From a bacterium (lineage in GTDB: Bacteria; RBG-13-61-14; DATKZS01): DNA of 24,874 nucleotides. The stretch lies in contig JAWOBU010000045.1 of the NCBI GenBank assembly GCA_046484135.1, positions 1 through 24,874 on the forward strand. The letters are read 5' to 3'. Made by a program: the position numbers and the translations under genes. How positions within the stretch are numbered: the first letter of the stretch is position 1; the number at the start of each line of letters is the position of its first letter. The notes below the pieces were generated by a model, which was not told where the DNA came from, made no database searches, and was given only the letters and a program-made list of their open reading frames with translations. Shown in pieces: positions 1 to 9,306 of this stretch.

Positions 1-918
1 GGAAGCGCGACCATTCAGTTCACTTACTGGAAGGCTTACCTGGTAAAGCGGTGGGGGGTTAACGTTTCCTTCATAGAGAAGGGAGAGGACCAGGTCATCA
101 ACAACCAGGTTTTTAAAGAGGACAGCGTTGAGTATGACAAGGAGTCCAATCGTTTCCAGGTAGGCCCCCAATACTGGGAGGGGGAGTATCCCGAGTACCG
201 CGTTCACCTGGACATTCCCGCCCGGGAGGGCAAGCCGGCCATGAAGGGGGACATAAAGCTACGCTCCCTGGTCAAAGGCTGGCGGCCGGGTAAAGGTCCG
301 GTGCATTACGGCGCTCCCGACGGCCCCTGGTACGACCTGGTGGTCCCCGTGCCGTGGGCGGACCTGTCCGGGAGTCTGCATATAAACGGCAAAAAGCACG
401 AGCTCAAAGGTTACGGCTACATGGACCATAACACCCAGACGGTGATGCCCACCGATCAGCTCGGAAGACTCCTCGGCCTCCGGTCCTTCTCCGAGAAGTA
501 CGCGGTGAACTTCCTCGAGTACATCGCGCCCGAGTCGTACGGTAAAACCAGGAGCACCTGGATACTGGTGATGGAAAAAGGCAGAATTCTCCACGCCACT
601 GACGACTGGGAAAGGACCATGAGCAAGCCGGCCCGCGACAAAACTACGGGGTACTCCTATCCCACCCAGCTCACGGTAAATATTGACGAGCCGGGCATAA
701 AGCTCGACGGCACCGTGCGCGGCAAAAAGCTGATCGAGATCATAGACCCGCTCTCGGAGCTTCCCGAATGGATACTGGATATCGCGGCCAAGTTCTTTGA
801 CGCGCCCGCCATAATAAGGCAGAACGTGGAAGCGGACTGGCGCCTTAAGATGCCGGAAGAAGGGATAGACGAGAAGTTCCACTCGACGGGCGTGTTCGAG
901 AACAGCATCGTAAGATAG
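1..918 (+). CDS. Hypothetical protein, 5'-partial; probable lipocalin-like AttH/CrtC/Svf1-type fold
   Basis: The frame of ORF 241..918 stays open back to base 1 (GSATIQFTYWKAYLVKR...). Motifs 'G.L.ING....L.GYGYMDHN' and 'YSYPTQL' resemble AttH-like beta-barrel proteins. Confidence 0.55.
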   Translation, partial: GSATIQFTYWKAYLVKRWGVNVSFIEKGEDQVINNQVFKEDSVEYDKESNRFQVGPQYWEGEYPEYRVHLDIPAREGKPAMKGDIKLRSLVKGWRPGKGPVHYGAPDGPWYDLVVPVPWADLSGSLHINGKKHELKGYGYMDHNTQTVMPTDQLGRLLGLRSFSEKYAVNFLEYIAPESYGKTRSTWILVMEKGRILHATDDWERTMSKPARDKTTGYSYPTQLTVNIDEPGIKLDGTVRGKKLIEIIDPLSELPEWILDIAAKFFDAPAIIRQNVEADWRLKMPEEGIDEKFHSTGVFENSIVR

Positions 919-1007
919 AAGAGCGGCGCGCGAGGAATGGCATGTTGCTTCGGGTTTATTAATGCGCAGGCCGATCGGAGGGTAAGCGGGCAGGAGATAT
1001 TCCGAGG

Positions 1008-2789
1008 ATGAGGCTGGCCATAGGACAGATCAACACCCGGGTGGGAGACTTCGATGGGAACCTGGAGAAGCTCGTCTCGCAGGTGAAGGAGGCCTCCGGT
1101 CTGGGAGCGGACATCATAGCCTTCCCGGAGATGGCGATCTGCGGCTATCCGTTGGAGGACCTTGCTTTCCGCGGTTCTTTTCTTGCGGCCTGCGACATTA
1201 CTCTGCAAAAGCTGCTGCGGCATCTTAAGAGCTCGAAGATGGTGGTGATCGCGGGCGGGGTGGAGACGGGTGACACGCTTTACAACAGCGCCTTTGTTTT
1301 GCAGGGAGGAGAGATACTGGGCCGTGCCCGCAAGCGGTACCTTTTCTGCTGCGGCCGTTTTGACGAGTCCCGTTACTTCCGCGCCGGTGAGAGGCCCCTG
1401 GTTATCGAGACGGACGCTTTCCGTGCCGCGGTCACCTTGGGAGACGATTTCGGCTACCCGGTTTTCCCGGCCGAGGTTGATCTTTTAATAAACCTCTGGA
1501 ACGAGCCTTACCAGTACGGCCGGCGTCCTTTGCGGGGCCGGATGATGACGGAGCGGGCGCAAGAGGACGCGGTATCCATAGCCATGGTGAGCCCTGCCGG
1601 CTGCCAGGACGACATGATTTTCGAAGGTTCTTCCAAGATAGTGGACGGTTTCGGCGAGGTGCTGGCTCGGGGAGCGGGTTTTGCCGAGGACCTGGTGGTG
1701 GCCGACCTTGATCTTCCCACTCTCCAGGCGCACCGGGCCCGGACCTATCACACCTTTCAACAAAAGGACCAACACCTTGCCCGTGCGCGGCGGGTCCGGC
1801 TCGAGGCTTACCCTGCGGGCCGGAAGAAGCCTTCCCGTATTTCGTGCCGGGTGAAGCCGCTGCTGAGCGGTCCGGAAGAGCTTTTTACTGCACTCTCTTT
1901 TTCCATACGGGAGTTCGTGGAAAAGAACGGCATGGACAAGGCGGTGGTGGGCCTTTCCGGCGGCATAGACTCGGCCGTGGTTGCGCTGCTGGCGCGGGAG
2001 GCGCTCGGCGCCGACGGGTTGATCTGCGTTTCCATGCCGGGCCCGCACACCAGCGCGGAGTCGAAGAAGAACGCCTCCAGGCTGGCCCGGAACCTGGCCG
2101 CCGAGTTCATGGAGGTCTCGATCAAGGGACTTTACACCAGGACCTTGCAAAGCCTTTCCCGCGCCTTTGAGGGCTTTGAGCCCGACGTTACGGAAGAGAA
2201 CCTCCAGGCACGGCTCCGGGGTATGGTGCTGATGGCCATCGCCAACAAGCGCATGGCGGCTGTGCTCGCTCCCGGCAACAAGAGCGAGACAGCCACCGGG
2301 TACTGCACCCTTTACGGAGACACGGTGGGCGCGTTCGCTCCACTTTGCGACGTTTATAAGACCAGGGTGTACGAGCTGGCCTCCTGGTACAACAAGAAGG
2401 CAGGCAAAATGATCATCCCCCAGAACGTGTTCGAGCGTGCCCCCACCGCGGAGCTCAAGCCGCTCCAGACCGACCAGGACCGGCTCCCTTCCTACTCGGA
2501 GCTCGACCGTATCCTGGAAGGCCTTCTGGAAAAGGACCTTTCCGCCCGTGAGCTCATTGCACGAGGCGAGTCCGAGCACACGGTTTACCAGGTGCTTTGC
2601 ATGCTCTTACAGTCGGAGTTCAAAAGAAGGCAGGCCCCGCCCGGCCCCACGGTTTCGGAACGTCCGCTGTCCGACCTGCGACTTCCGGTTTCCAAAAGTC
2701 TGGGCTGGTGGAACATTGCAGCTCCCGCGGCCGCGGACAAGGAAGCCAAGGCCCGAAAGAAAGGCAGCGCCAAAGGATCGGCGCAATAA
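1008..2789 (+). CDS. nadE: NAD+ synthetase, long form (N-terminal nitrilase/glutaminase domain + synthetase domain)
   Basis: N-terminal 'LAIGQIN..VGD..GN', 'FPEM...GYP.EDL', 'FDE.RYF'. C-terminal 'GLSGGIDSA', 'ENLQARLRG', 'GNKSE...GY.TLYGD', 'PTAEL...QTDQD.LP.Y..LD', 'SEFKRRQAPPG'. Confidence 0.93.
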   Translation: MRLAIGQINTRVGDFDGNLEKLVSQVKEASGLGADIIAFPEMAICGYPLEDLAFRGSFLAACDITLQKLLRHLKSSKMVVIAGGVETGDTLYNSAFVLQGGEILGRARKRYLFCCGRFDESRYFRAGERPLVIETDAFRAAVTLGDDFGYPVFPAEVDLLINLWNEPYQYGRRPLRGRMMTERAQEDAVSIAMVSPAGCQDDMIFEGSSKIVDGFGEVLARGAGFAEDLVVADLDLPTLQAHRARTYHTFQQKDQHLARARRVRLEAYPAGRKKPSRISCRVKPLLSGPEELFTALSFSIREFVEKNGMDKAVVGLSGGIDSAVVALLAREALGADGLICVSMPGPHTSAESKKNASRLARNLAAEFMEVSIKGLYTRTLQSLSRAFEGFEPDVTEENLQARLRGMVLMAIANKRMAAVLAPGNKSETATGYCTLYGDTVGAFAPLCDVYKTRVYELASWYNKKAGKMIIPQNVFERAPTAELKPLQTDQDRLPSYSELDRILEGLLEKDLSARELIARGESEHTVYQVLCMLLQSEFKRRQAPPGPTVSERPLSDLRLPVSKSLGWWNIAAPAAADKEAKARKKGSAKGSAQ

Positions 2790-2813
2790 TCCGGCGAAAG
2801 CCACTACCTTTTT

Positions 2814-5800
2814 TTACTTTGTTTTTCTTCTGAACAGGTTTTTCATGTCCTCTGCGAACTCCTCGAAGAGCTTGTAGAAGACGGGGATGAGGACCAGGGT
2901 GAGGAGTGTCGAGGTTATCAGTCCTCCCAGCATGACAATGCCGAGGGGCTGCTGGAGCTCCATTCCTTCCGCGGTGCCGAGTGCTATGGGGACGACGCCG
3001 AACATGGTGGTGGTGGCGGTCATGAGGATAGGCCGGAGCCTTGTTTTCCCTGCCTCCACAATGGCCTCTTCCCTTTTCATGCCGCTCCGGTGGTACTCGA
3101 TGATAAAGTCCATGAGCACGATGGAGTTGGTGGCCACGATCCCCACCAGCATTATCAATCCGATAAACGCGGTGATGCTGAAGGAAACATTGGTGATGTA
3201 AAGCCCGGCCACCGCTCCGGTAAAGGCCACCGGCACCGCCACCATGATGGTTATTGGATGGATGAGTGACTCGTAAAGGCTCGCCAGGATAAGGTAGACC
3301 AGTATGACCGCGGCGATAAACATGATGCCCAGCGCGGTAAAGGCGTCCTTTAAGTCCTCCATCTCTCCGCCGAACTCGATGGAGTAGCCTTCCGGCATGG
3401 TGGCCCTGACCTGTTTGAGCACCTCTTCGATGTCCTGGACAATGTCGCCCATGGGCCGCTCGGTCTTGTTGGACCCCACCTTTACCAGCCGCTTGGAGTT
3501 CTCCCGCACGATCTCGTTCGGGCCCGCTCCGAACTCGAAGCCGGCCACGTCCCGCAAAGGCACCTGGAAGCCGCGGGGGGAAGAGATGCGGACGTTCCGG
3601 ATTTCATCAATCTGGTCGCGGTCTTTTTCCATCAGTTGGACGGTGATGTCGTACTCGTCCCCTCCCTTTCGGAACAGGCTTGCCCGGGTGCCTCCGATGG
3701 CTGCCTTGGCCGCTCCCATGGCCTCGCCTACGGTGAGCTGATAGGAGGCCAGCTTCTCCTGGTTGAAGCTGAACAGGTACTCGGGCACGCCTTCCTCGAT
3801 GGTGGTGCTTACATCCCGGCTGCCGGGGACTTTTTCCACCCTTTTCTTGACCCGGTCGGCGATCTCCTCGAGCACCTCGAGGTCGTCCCCGTAAATCTTG
3901 ACCTGGATGGGCTTCTCGGTGGTAAAGTCAATAGAGCCCGCGTTCTGGAAAGCTATCTCTACGTTGGGGTTCCGCCGTTTTATTTCATCCCATATCTCTC
4001 GGAGCTCTTGCTCGGATGTGGTCCGGCCCTGGCTCTTTTTCTTCATCCTGATGTTCATCTCGGCTTCGTTGGTCCCCTGCTCTCCACCGGTAAAGGCGGC
4101 GCGGGCAGGGTCTCCGCTTTCTCCCATAACCATGAAGAAGTTGATGTAGTCGGGAACCTTTTCCCGGTGGATTTTGGTGATCCTCTGCATGAGCTCGTCC
4201 GTTTCCTCGAGCATGGTGCCGGGAGGAAGGATGATCTTGGCCCGGTACATGTTCCCTATCAAGCGGGGCACGAACTCGAACCTTCCCTGGAAGTACATGA
4301 GTCCTATCATCTCTCCGGTAAGCGCCAGTACCAGAAACGCCATTATGAGTACCTTGCCCCAGTTTTTAAGGGACCATTCGAGTACCCTTCCATATCCATT
4401 CTGGAGGGGCTCGAACACCCTTCTGCTCATCCTGGGCTTTTTTCCCGCGGTCGGCCGCAGGAGCTTGGAAGAGAGCATGGGCACCACTGTAAAGGACACG
4501 AGCAGGGAGGCCATAAGCGCGAAGAACACGGTCCCGGCAAAGGTACGGAAGAGCTGGGCGGACAGGCCTTGCGTAAAAGCTACGGGCAGGAAGATGATGA
4601 CAGCCACCAGGGTGGCGGAGATAACCGCGGTGGCCACTTCGCGGAAGCCTCTTTCCGAAGCCACCTCGGGTGACTCACCCAGTCCCACCCGGCGGTAGAT
4701 GTTTTCAAGGACCACGATGGAGTCGTCCACCAGCTTGCCGATGGCTATGACCATTCCTCCCAGGGTCATCATGTTCAGGGTGTAATCGGAGAAGTACATG
4801 GCGATAAAGCAGGCCAGCATGGACAGAGGGATAGAGGTGATCACGATAAGCGAAGGCCGGAATTGAAGCAGGAACAAAAATATGACGATCATGGCCAGGA
4901 GCGCGCCTTCCACCGCCGCCCTTCCCAGGGCGGAGAGCGAGTCGGTGATGATCTCGGACAGGTCGAAGCTGATGCCCAGCTCGACTCCCCCCGGCAGGCT
5001 CTCGCGGACGTCGTCCAAAGCGTCGGTGACCGTTTTCGCGACCTCGACCATGTTGGCGTCGGTCTCCTTGACCACGGCAAGGCCGACCCCCTCGGTAACC
5101 CCCTTTTTGTGGTGGACCATCCGGAAAAGACCGTTCTTATCTTTAAAGGTGTCCTTGACCTCGGCCACGTCCCGGAGCCGGATGGGTGACACCGAGGCCT
5201 TCCCCGCCAGCGGGTCCTGGTAAGGCGAGAGCTTTTCGAGCTCCTTTTTCTGCATCTCCGCGGCAGAGGCCCCGAACCCCACCACCTGGTCCCGGATCTG
5301 TTCTACGGTCTCGTACTGGTTCTCTCCGCGCACGCGGAAGCGGAGCGGCGAAACGTCTATCCCGCCGGCGTCCATGTCCAGGTTGCTGTATCCGATGGCC
5401 TTCATAACGTCGGTGATGGTCAGGCCGTACTCTTTCAGTTTTTCCTGATCCACGTTGACCTGTATTTCCCGGTAGAGTCCTCCCAGGGTCATGGTGCTGG
5501 CCACGCCGGGCAGCCGCTCGAGCATGGGCCCCACCTGGTCGTTGGCTATGTCCGCCAGGTCGGCCAGGTTCCGCTTTCCGCTGGGGTCGTCCAGGTGCAT
5601 GAACATCACGGGCATGTCCTGGAAGTCCACCCGGAGCACCATGGGCTCTTCTATCTCCTCGGGCAACACGTCCCGGACCATGGAAATCTTTTCTCTTATG
5701 TCCGCGGAAGCCGCGTCCAGGTCTGTTCCCCAGGCGAACTCGGCCTGGACAAAGCACATCTCCTCCTGGGAAGTAACCTTTACGTTTTTGATATTGGAGG

Positions 5801-6020
5801 CGGTCTTGATTACGGACTCGAGGGGCTTGCCGAGCCTCTCCTCGATCTCTTCCGGGCCGGCGCCCTCATAGCGGATGAAGATTACCAGGTTGGGAAAGGA
5901 TATGTCCGGCATGAGGTCCAGGGGCATCCGGTACCAGGACAGTGATCCCAGGACCACGATCATGATCATGCCCATCAGCACGGTTACGGGCCTTCTTATG
6001 GGGAAGTTAAAAAGGTTCAT
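2814..6020 (-). CDS. RND efflux transporter permease subunit (AcrB/SwrC-like)
   Basis: 1068 aa; 'IRRPVTV', 'DLMPDISFP', TM4 'LVDDSIVVLENI', 'RLRPILMT', 'QQPLGIVMLGGL.TSTLLTL'. Confidence 0.95.
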   Translation of the reverse strand: MNLFNFPIRRPVTVLMGMIMIVVLGSLSWYRMPLDLMPDISFPNLVIFIRYEGAGPEEIEERLGKPLESVIKTASNIKNVKVTSQEEMCFVQAEFAWGTDLDAASADIREKISMVRDVLPEEIEEPMVLRVDFQDMPVMFMHLDDPSGKRNLADLADIANDQVGPMLERLPGVASTMTLGGLYREIQVNVDQEKLKEYGLTITDVMKAIGYSNLDMDAGGIDVSPLRFRVRGENQYETVEQIRDQVVGFGASAAEMQKKELEKLSPYQDPLAGKASVSPIRLRDVAEVKDTFKDKNGLFRMVHHKKGVTEGVGLAVVKETDANMVEVAKTVTDALDDVRESLPGGVELGISFDLSEIITDSLSALGRAAVEGALLAMIVIFLFLLQFRPSLIVITSIPLSMLACFIAMYFSDYTLNMMTLGGMVIAIGKLVDDSIVVLENIYRRVGLGESPEVASERGFREVATAVISATLVAVIIFLPVAFTQGLSAQLFRTFAGTVFFALMASLLVSFTVVPMLSSKLLRPTAGKKPRMSRRVFEPLQNGYGRVLEWSLKNWGKVLIMAFLVLALTGEMIGLMYFQGRFEFVPRLIGNMYRAKIILPPGTMLEETDELMQRITKIHREKVPDYINFFMVMGESGDPARAAFTGGEQGTNEAEMNIRMKKKSQGRTTSEQELREIWDEIKRRNPNVEIAFQNAGSIDFTTEKPIQVKIYGDDLEVLEEIADRVKKRVEKVPGSRDVSTTIEEGVPEYLFSFNQEKLASYQLTVGEAMGAAKAAIGGTRASLFRKGGDEYDITVQLMEKDRDQIDEIRNVRISSPRGFQVPLRDVAGFEFGAGPNEIVRENSKRLVKVGSNKTERPMGDIVQDIEEVLKQVRATMPEGYSIEFGGEMEDLKDAFTALGIMFIAAVILVYLILASLYESLIHPITIMVAVPVAFTGAVAGLYITNVSFSITAFIGLIMLVGIVATNSIVLMDFIIEYHRSGMKREEAIVEAGKTRLRPILMTATTTMFGVVPIALGTAEGMELQQPLGIVMLGGLITSTLLTLVLIPVFYKLFEEFAEDMKNLFRRKTK

Positions 6021-6039
6021 TTTTTATGACTTCAAAAGG

Positions 6040-7077
6040 TCAGGGAGATTGCCCCGGTTGCGGCTCGACGGTCCGGCCGGAATCGCTTTGCGCGGCTTCG
6101 CCCGTTTTGGTCTCGACTTCTTCGGTGTCTCCCCATTTTTCCTCCCATCCCTCGGGAGGATTGGAGACAGTGACCCTGGTCTGGTCTTTCAAGACCACCT
6201 GGTTTCGGTCCACCACCACCTCGCCCGCTTTCACTCCCTTGACTATCTCGTACTTTTCCCGGTCGAAGTATCCGAGCTCGAGCCCGGTCTTTTCTATGAT
6301 CTTTTTCTGCGGGTTTACTACGTACACCCAGTACTTTCCCTCTTTGGGAAAGAGGGCCTCTCTCTTCAGCACCGGCACGTTCGAGTGGACGCCCGCGATG
6401 AGCTCGACCCGGGCGTACATCTGGGGAAGAAGCTCATGCTCGGGATTGGGCACCGTGATCTCGACGGACGCGGTGTGGGAGAGCGAGTCCAGGACAGGGT
6501 CTATCTTTGTTACTTTGCCTTCGAAGACCCGCTCCGGAAAAGCCTCCACCCGGACGCGGGCGGGGGTTCCCACTTTTACCCTTCCGAGGTCTTGCTCGAT
6601 AATCGAGGTCTTGACCTTGACCTCGTCAATGTCCACGATCACGGCCACCGGCATCTGGGGAGATATCATGGCGCCGGTGCTGTCCGTTATGGAAGCCACG
6701 ATCCCGGAGCGGGGCGCTTTGACTGAATAAGGCCGGTAACGCGCTCCCACCTCGTCGCGGTCCACCGTGGCCAGTACCTGGTTCTTTCTTACCTTGTCGC
6801 CTTTTTCCATCTTGGCCTCGATGAGCTTGCCCGGCTGGGGTATCTTGGCGTGCACGTCCGCCCGGTGGGCAGGCTCGACATAACCGGTAACGTAAACGAT
6901 GTCCTCCACCGTGCCTTCCTTTACCTCGGTAACGTGAACCGGGATGCTCCGTTCCACAACCTCGGCCTCTTCCTCGGCCTTCTTTTCCATGAACTCCTTT
7001 ACCTTGAAACCGCCGTACACGCCCAAAGCCAGGAGGACGGCAATGACCAGCCATATAACTATCGTGGACGCTCTCAT
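6040..7077 (-). CDS. RND periplasmic adaptor (membrane fusion protein)
   Basis: N-terminal TM anchor, lipoyl-like 'GDKVRKNQVLA'/'VKAPRSGIV', 'FEGKVTKIDP', 'NPEHELLPQMYA'; lies between tolC-like and RND genes. Confidence 0.92.
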   Translation of the reverse strand: MRASTIVIWLVIAVLLALGVYGGFKVKEFMEKKAEEEAEVVERSIPVHVTEVKEGTVEDIVYVTGYVEPAHRADVHAKIPQPGKLIEAKMEKGDKVRKNQVLATVDRDEVGARYRPYSVKAPRSGIVASITDSTGAMISPQMPVAVIVDIDEVKVKTSIIEQDLGRVKVGTPARVRVEAFPERVFEGKVTKIDPVLDSLSHTASVEITVPNPEHELLPQMYARVELIAGVHSNVPVLKREALFPKEGKYWVYVVNPQKKIIEKTGLELGYFDREKYEIVKGVKAGEVVVDRNQVVLKDQTRVTVSNPPEGWEEKWGDTEEVETKTGEAAQSDSGRTVEPQPGQSP

Positions 7078-8519
7078 TGTATTTTATCCTCCTCCGGCAC
7101 GCCCAGCGCGGACTTGAGCTTGATCCAGGCCAGCTTGTGATCGTAAACCGCTTGCAGCCTCTCCGCCCTGGCCCGGGTCAACTGGGAATGGGCGTCCATG
7201 ACCTCCACGTTGGTCGCAAGCCCCACAGCGTAGCGCGTCCTGGCCACGTCATAGTTCTTCTCGGATGCCTCTACACTGGCTTCCCTGGCTTTCACCTTCT
7301 TCCGGGCCGCGTCCAAATCAAGCAGGGCCTCCTCCACCTGGGTCTTGATCCCGAGCTCGAGCGCCTGCATGCCCTTTTCCACCTGCCGGAGCATGGCCCG
7401 GGCCTCGGCCACCTTGCCTTGGGTCTCTCCCCCGTCGAAAAGCGGGACCGAAACCGCAACCCCCGCCTGGTAGCCGTCCCGCCAGATGTCGTTGTTGGGC
7501 GGCATCTCCTGGCCGCGGTCCCACGAGTAGTTGGCGAAAAGCGACACGTTGGGGTAGGCGTTGGCCTCGGCTATCTCGACCATTTTCCGAGCCATCTTCC
7601 GCCGGAGACGCAGGGTCCGCATCTCCGGCCGGTGCTCGAGCGCGGTGGCGTAAATGTCCTCGGCCACCGGAAGGTCGTGCGGCTCGTACTCGAGCTCTCC
7701 CTTGGCCCGGACCGCGGTCTCCAGCTCTATGTTCAAAAGGTTGTTAAGATAGAGCCTGGCCTTCTTAACACCGTTTCCGGCCTCGATCCGCTGCGGCTCC
7801 AGGTCGGCCAGCACCGACTCCACCTGCAGAACGTCCAGGTTGGAAGCGAGACCTTCCTGGTAAAGGGCCTGCACCTGCCGGTAATGGGCCTCTGCCGTCC
7901 GGTACGAGTCCTCCACCACTTTCACCATCCGCTGGGCCAGGAGCACCCCGGAAAACGCCTGCTGAATGTTGAAGACAAGCTCGTTTTTCGCCTGGCGAAG
8001 GTTCTCCTTTTCCACCCGCTCTTGAAGCTCCGCGGACTTCACCCCGTTCCTGATCTTGTTGCCGGTGTAAAGGGGGTAGCGCGCTTCCACCTTGGCGCCG
8101 TAGATGTCGCCCTCCCTGGTGTTGGACATCTCGAAGCCGGGGAAAGGAAGCATGTGGATGTGGGCGGGAAGACCCGGCACCAGTCCTCCCGAAGGGTTGG
8201 CCATAGGCATGGTGGTGGGTATGTACTGGGGCTCGGTGGTCTTGAACTCCGGCAGTTGGTTGGAACGCACTGCATTGGCCGAGAACTCGAGACTGGGATA
8301 GAGATTGGACCGGGCCTGTTTGACCTTGGCCTCGGCCTCGTCCACCTTGGCCTCGGCACGCCCTATCTGCGGGTTTCGGGCCAGGCCCGTTTCTATGCAC
8401 TCTTCCAGGGTAAGGCTGGTTGGCTCCCGCGTGTCCGCTTGCGAAACCACCTGGGACCTCACGGCGGCCCCGCATAGGACGGCCATGATTAAGGCGAACA
8501 CGCTATACTGCAACTTCAT
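7074..8519 (-). CDS. TolC-family outer membrane efflux protein
   Basis: Signal peptide, 'LTLEECIETGLARNP', 'ALEHRPE', 'VSVPLFDGG', 'RYAVGLATNVEVMDA'; 4-nt overlap with the adaptor gene. Confidence 0.92.
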   Translation of the reverse strand: MKLQYSVFALIMAVLCGAAVRSQVVSQADTREPTSLTLEECIETGLARNPQIGRAEAKVDEAEAKVKQARSNLYPSLEFSANAVRSNQLPEFKTTEPQYIPTTMPMANPSGGLVPGLPAHIHMLPFPGFEMSNTREGDIYGAKVEARYPLYTGNKIRNGVKSAELQERVEKENLRQAKNELVFNIQQAFSGVLLAQRMVKVVEDSYRTAEAHYRQVQALYQEGLASNLDVLQVESVLADLEPQRIEAGNGVKKARLYLNNLLNIELETAVRAKGELEYEPHDLPVAEDIYATALEHRPEMRTLRLRRKMARKMVEIAEANAYPNVSLFANYSWDRGQEMPPNNDIWRDGYQAGVAVSVPLFDGGETQGKVAEARAMLRQVEKGMQALELGIKTQVEEALLDLDAARKKVKAREASVEASEKNYDVARTRYAVGLATNVEVMDAHSQLTRARAERLQAVYDHKLAWIKLKSALGVPEEDKIQ

Positions 8520-9169
8520 TATTGTTCCTCCCGGTCCGGCCTCTGCCTGGTGCCGTAAAAAAAGATGTCCAGAAGCTGGCCGACCTTTTCTTGCGGTTCC
8601 GCACCCTCCGGGGAATTTATGGAGACAAAAAGAAAGGCGTGGATGAGACCTAAAAGCGACATGGCAAGCTCCGCAGGAGAATAAGGCTTTAACAGGCCCT
8701 CATCAATCCCCCGCGACATCAGATCCACCATCCGGGAAAGATATACCTCATGCTTCTCCGTTATCACGTCCTGGAAATGGCCCTTGGCGCTCGACTCAAA
8801 GCTCGTGCGCTGCTCCGCGAAGATGCGAAAAAAATCACCCTCCTTCTGAAAAAAAGACATGATCTTCTTTATGTAGCTTTCCAGTATCTTCTCCATATCA
8901 GCGTCCGAGTTGTAAACCTCTTCCAGCTCCGACTCCAGCGCCTCGATCTTGTCCTTTAAAAGAGTGAAGTAGAGCTCCTCCTTGTTCTTGAAAAAGTTGT
9001 AAAGAGAGCCGGTGGAGAACTCCGCGCTTTTCGCGATCTCGCTCATGGCGGCGCCGTGATACCCCTTCCGGGCGAAAACATTGGCGGCCGCCTCCAGTAT
9101 CTCCCGGCGGCGGGAGAGGAACTCCCTTTCCTTTCTGCTTAACTTCCCTTCTTTTGAATCGGCGTTCAT
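8519..9169 (-). CDS. TetR/AcrR-family transcriptional regulator
   Basis: HTH 'ILEAAANVFARKGYHGAAMSEIAKSAEFSTGSLYNFFKNKEEL'; its stop overlaps the tolC start. Confidence 0.95.
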   Translation of the reverse strand: MNADSKEGKLSRKEREFLSRRREILEAAANVFARKGYHGAAMSEIAKSAEFSTGSLYNFFKNKEELYFTLLKDKIEALESELEEVYNSDADMEKILESYIKKIMSFFQKEGDFFRIFAEQRTSFESSAKGHFQDVITEKHEVYLSRMVDLMSRGIDEGLLKPYSPAELAMSLLGLIHAFLFVSINSPEGAEPQEKVGQLLDIFFYGTRQRPDREEQ

Positions 9170-9226
9170 TTTTTTAACCTCTGTTCAACAAAGCACGATG
9201 AAACCACAACTACCCCTCCATGTCAA
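9155..9226 (-). promoter_or_regulatory. Candidate promoter and tandem TetR operators of the efflux operon
   Basis: Minus strand: TTGACA (9226-9221), 17 nt, then TTTCAT with an upstream TG. Near-palindromes TGAAT-N4-GTTCA (9155-9168) and TTAAC-N4-GTTCA (9174-9187). Confidence 0.5.
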
Positions 9227-9306
9227 GAATCAACAGAATCTTAACAGTCAAAACCGCCCCTTCCCAATGCCGGGGCATTCTGTTCCTTACCGGCTTGTCC
9301 CCTTTA

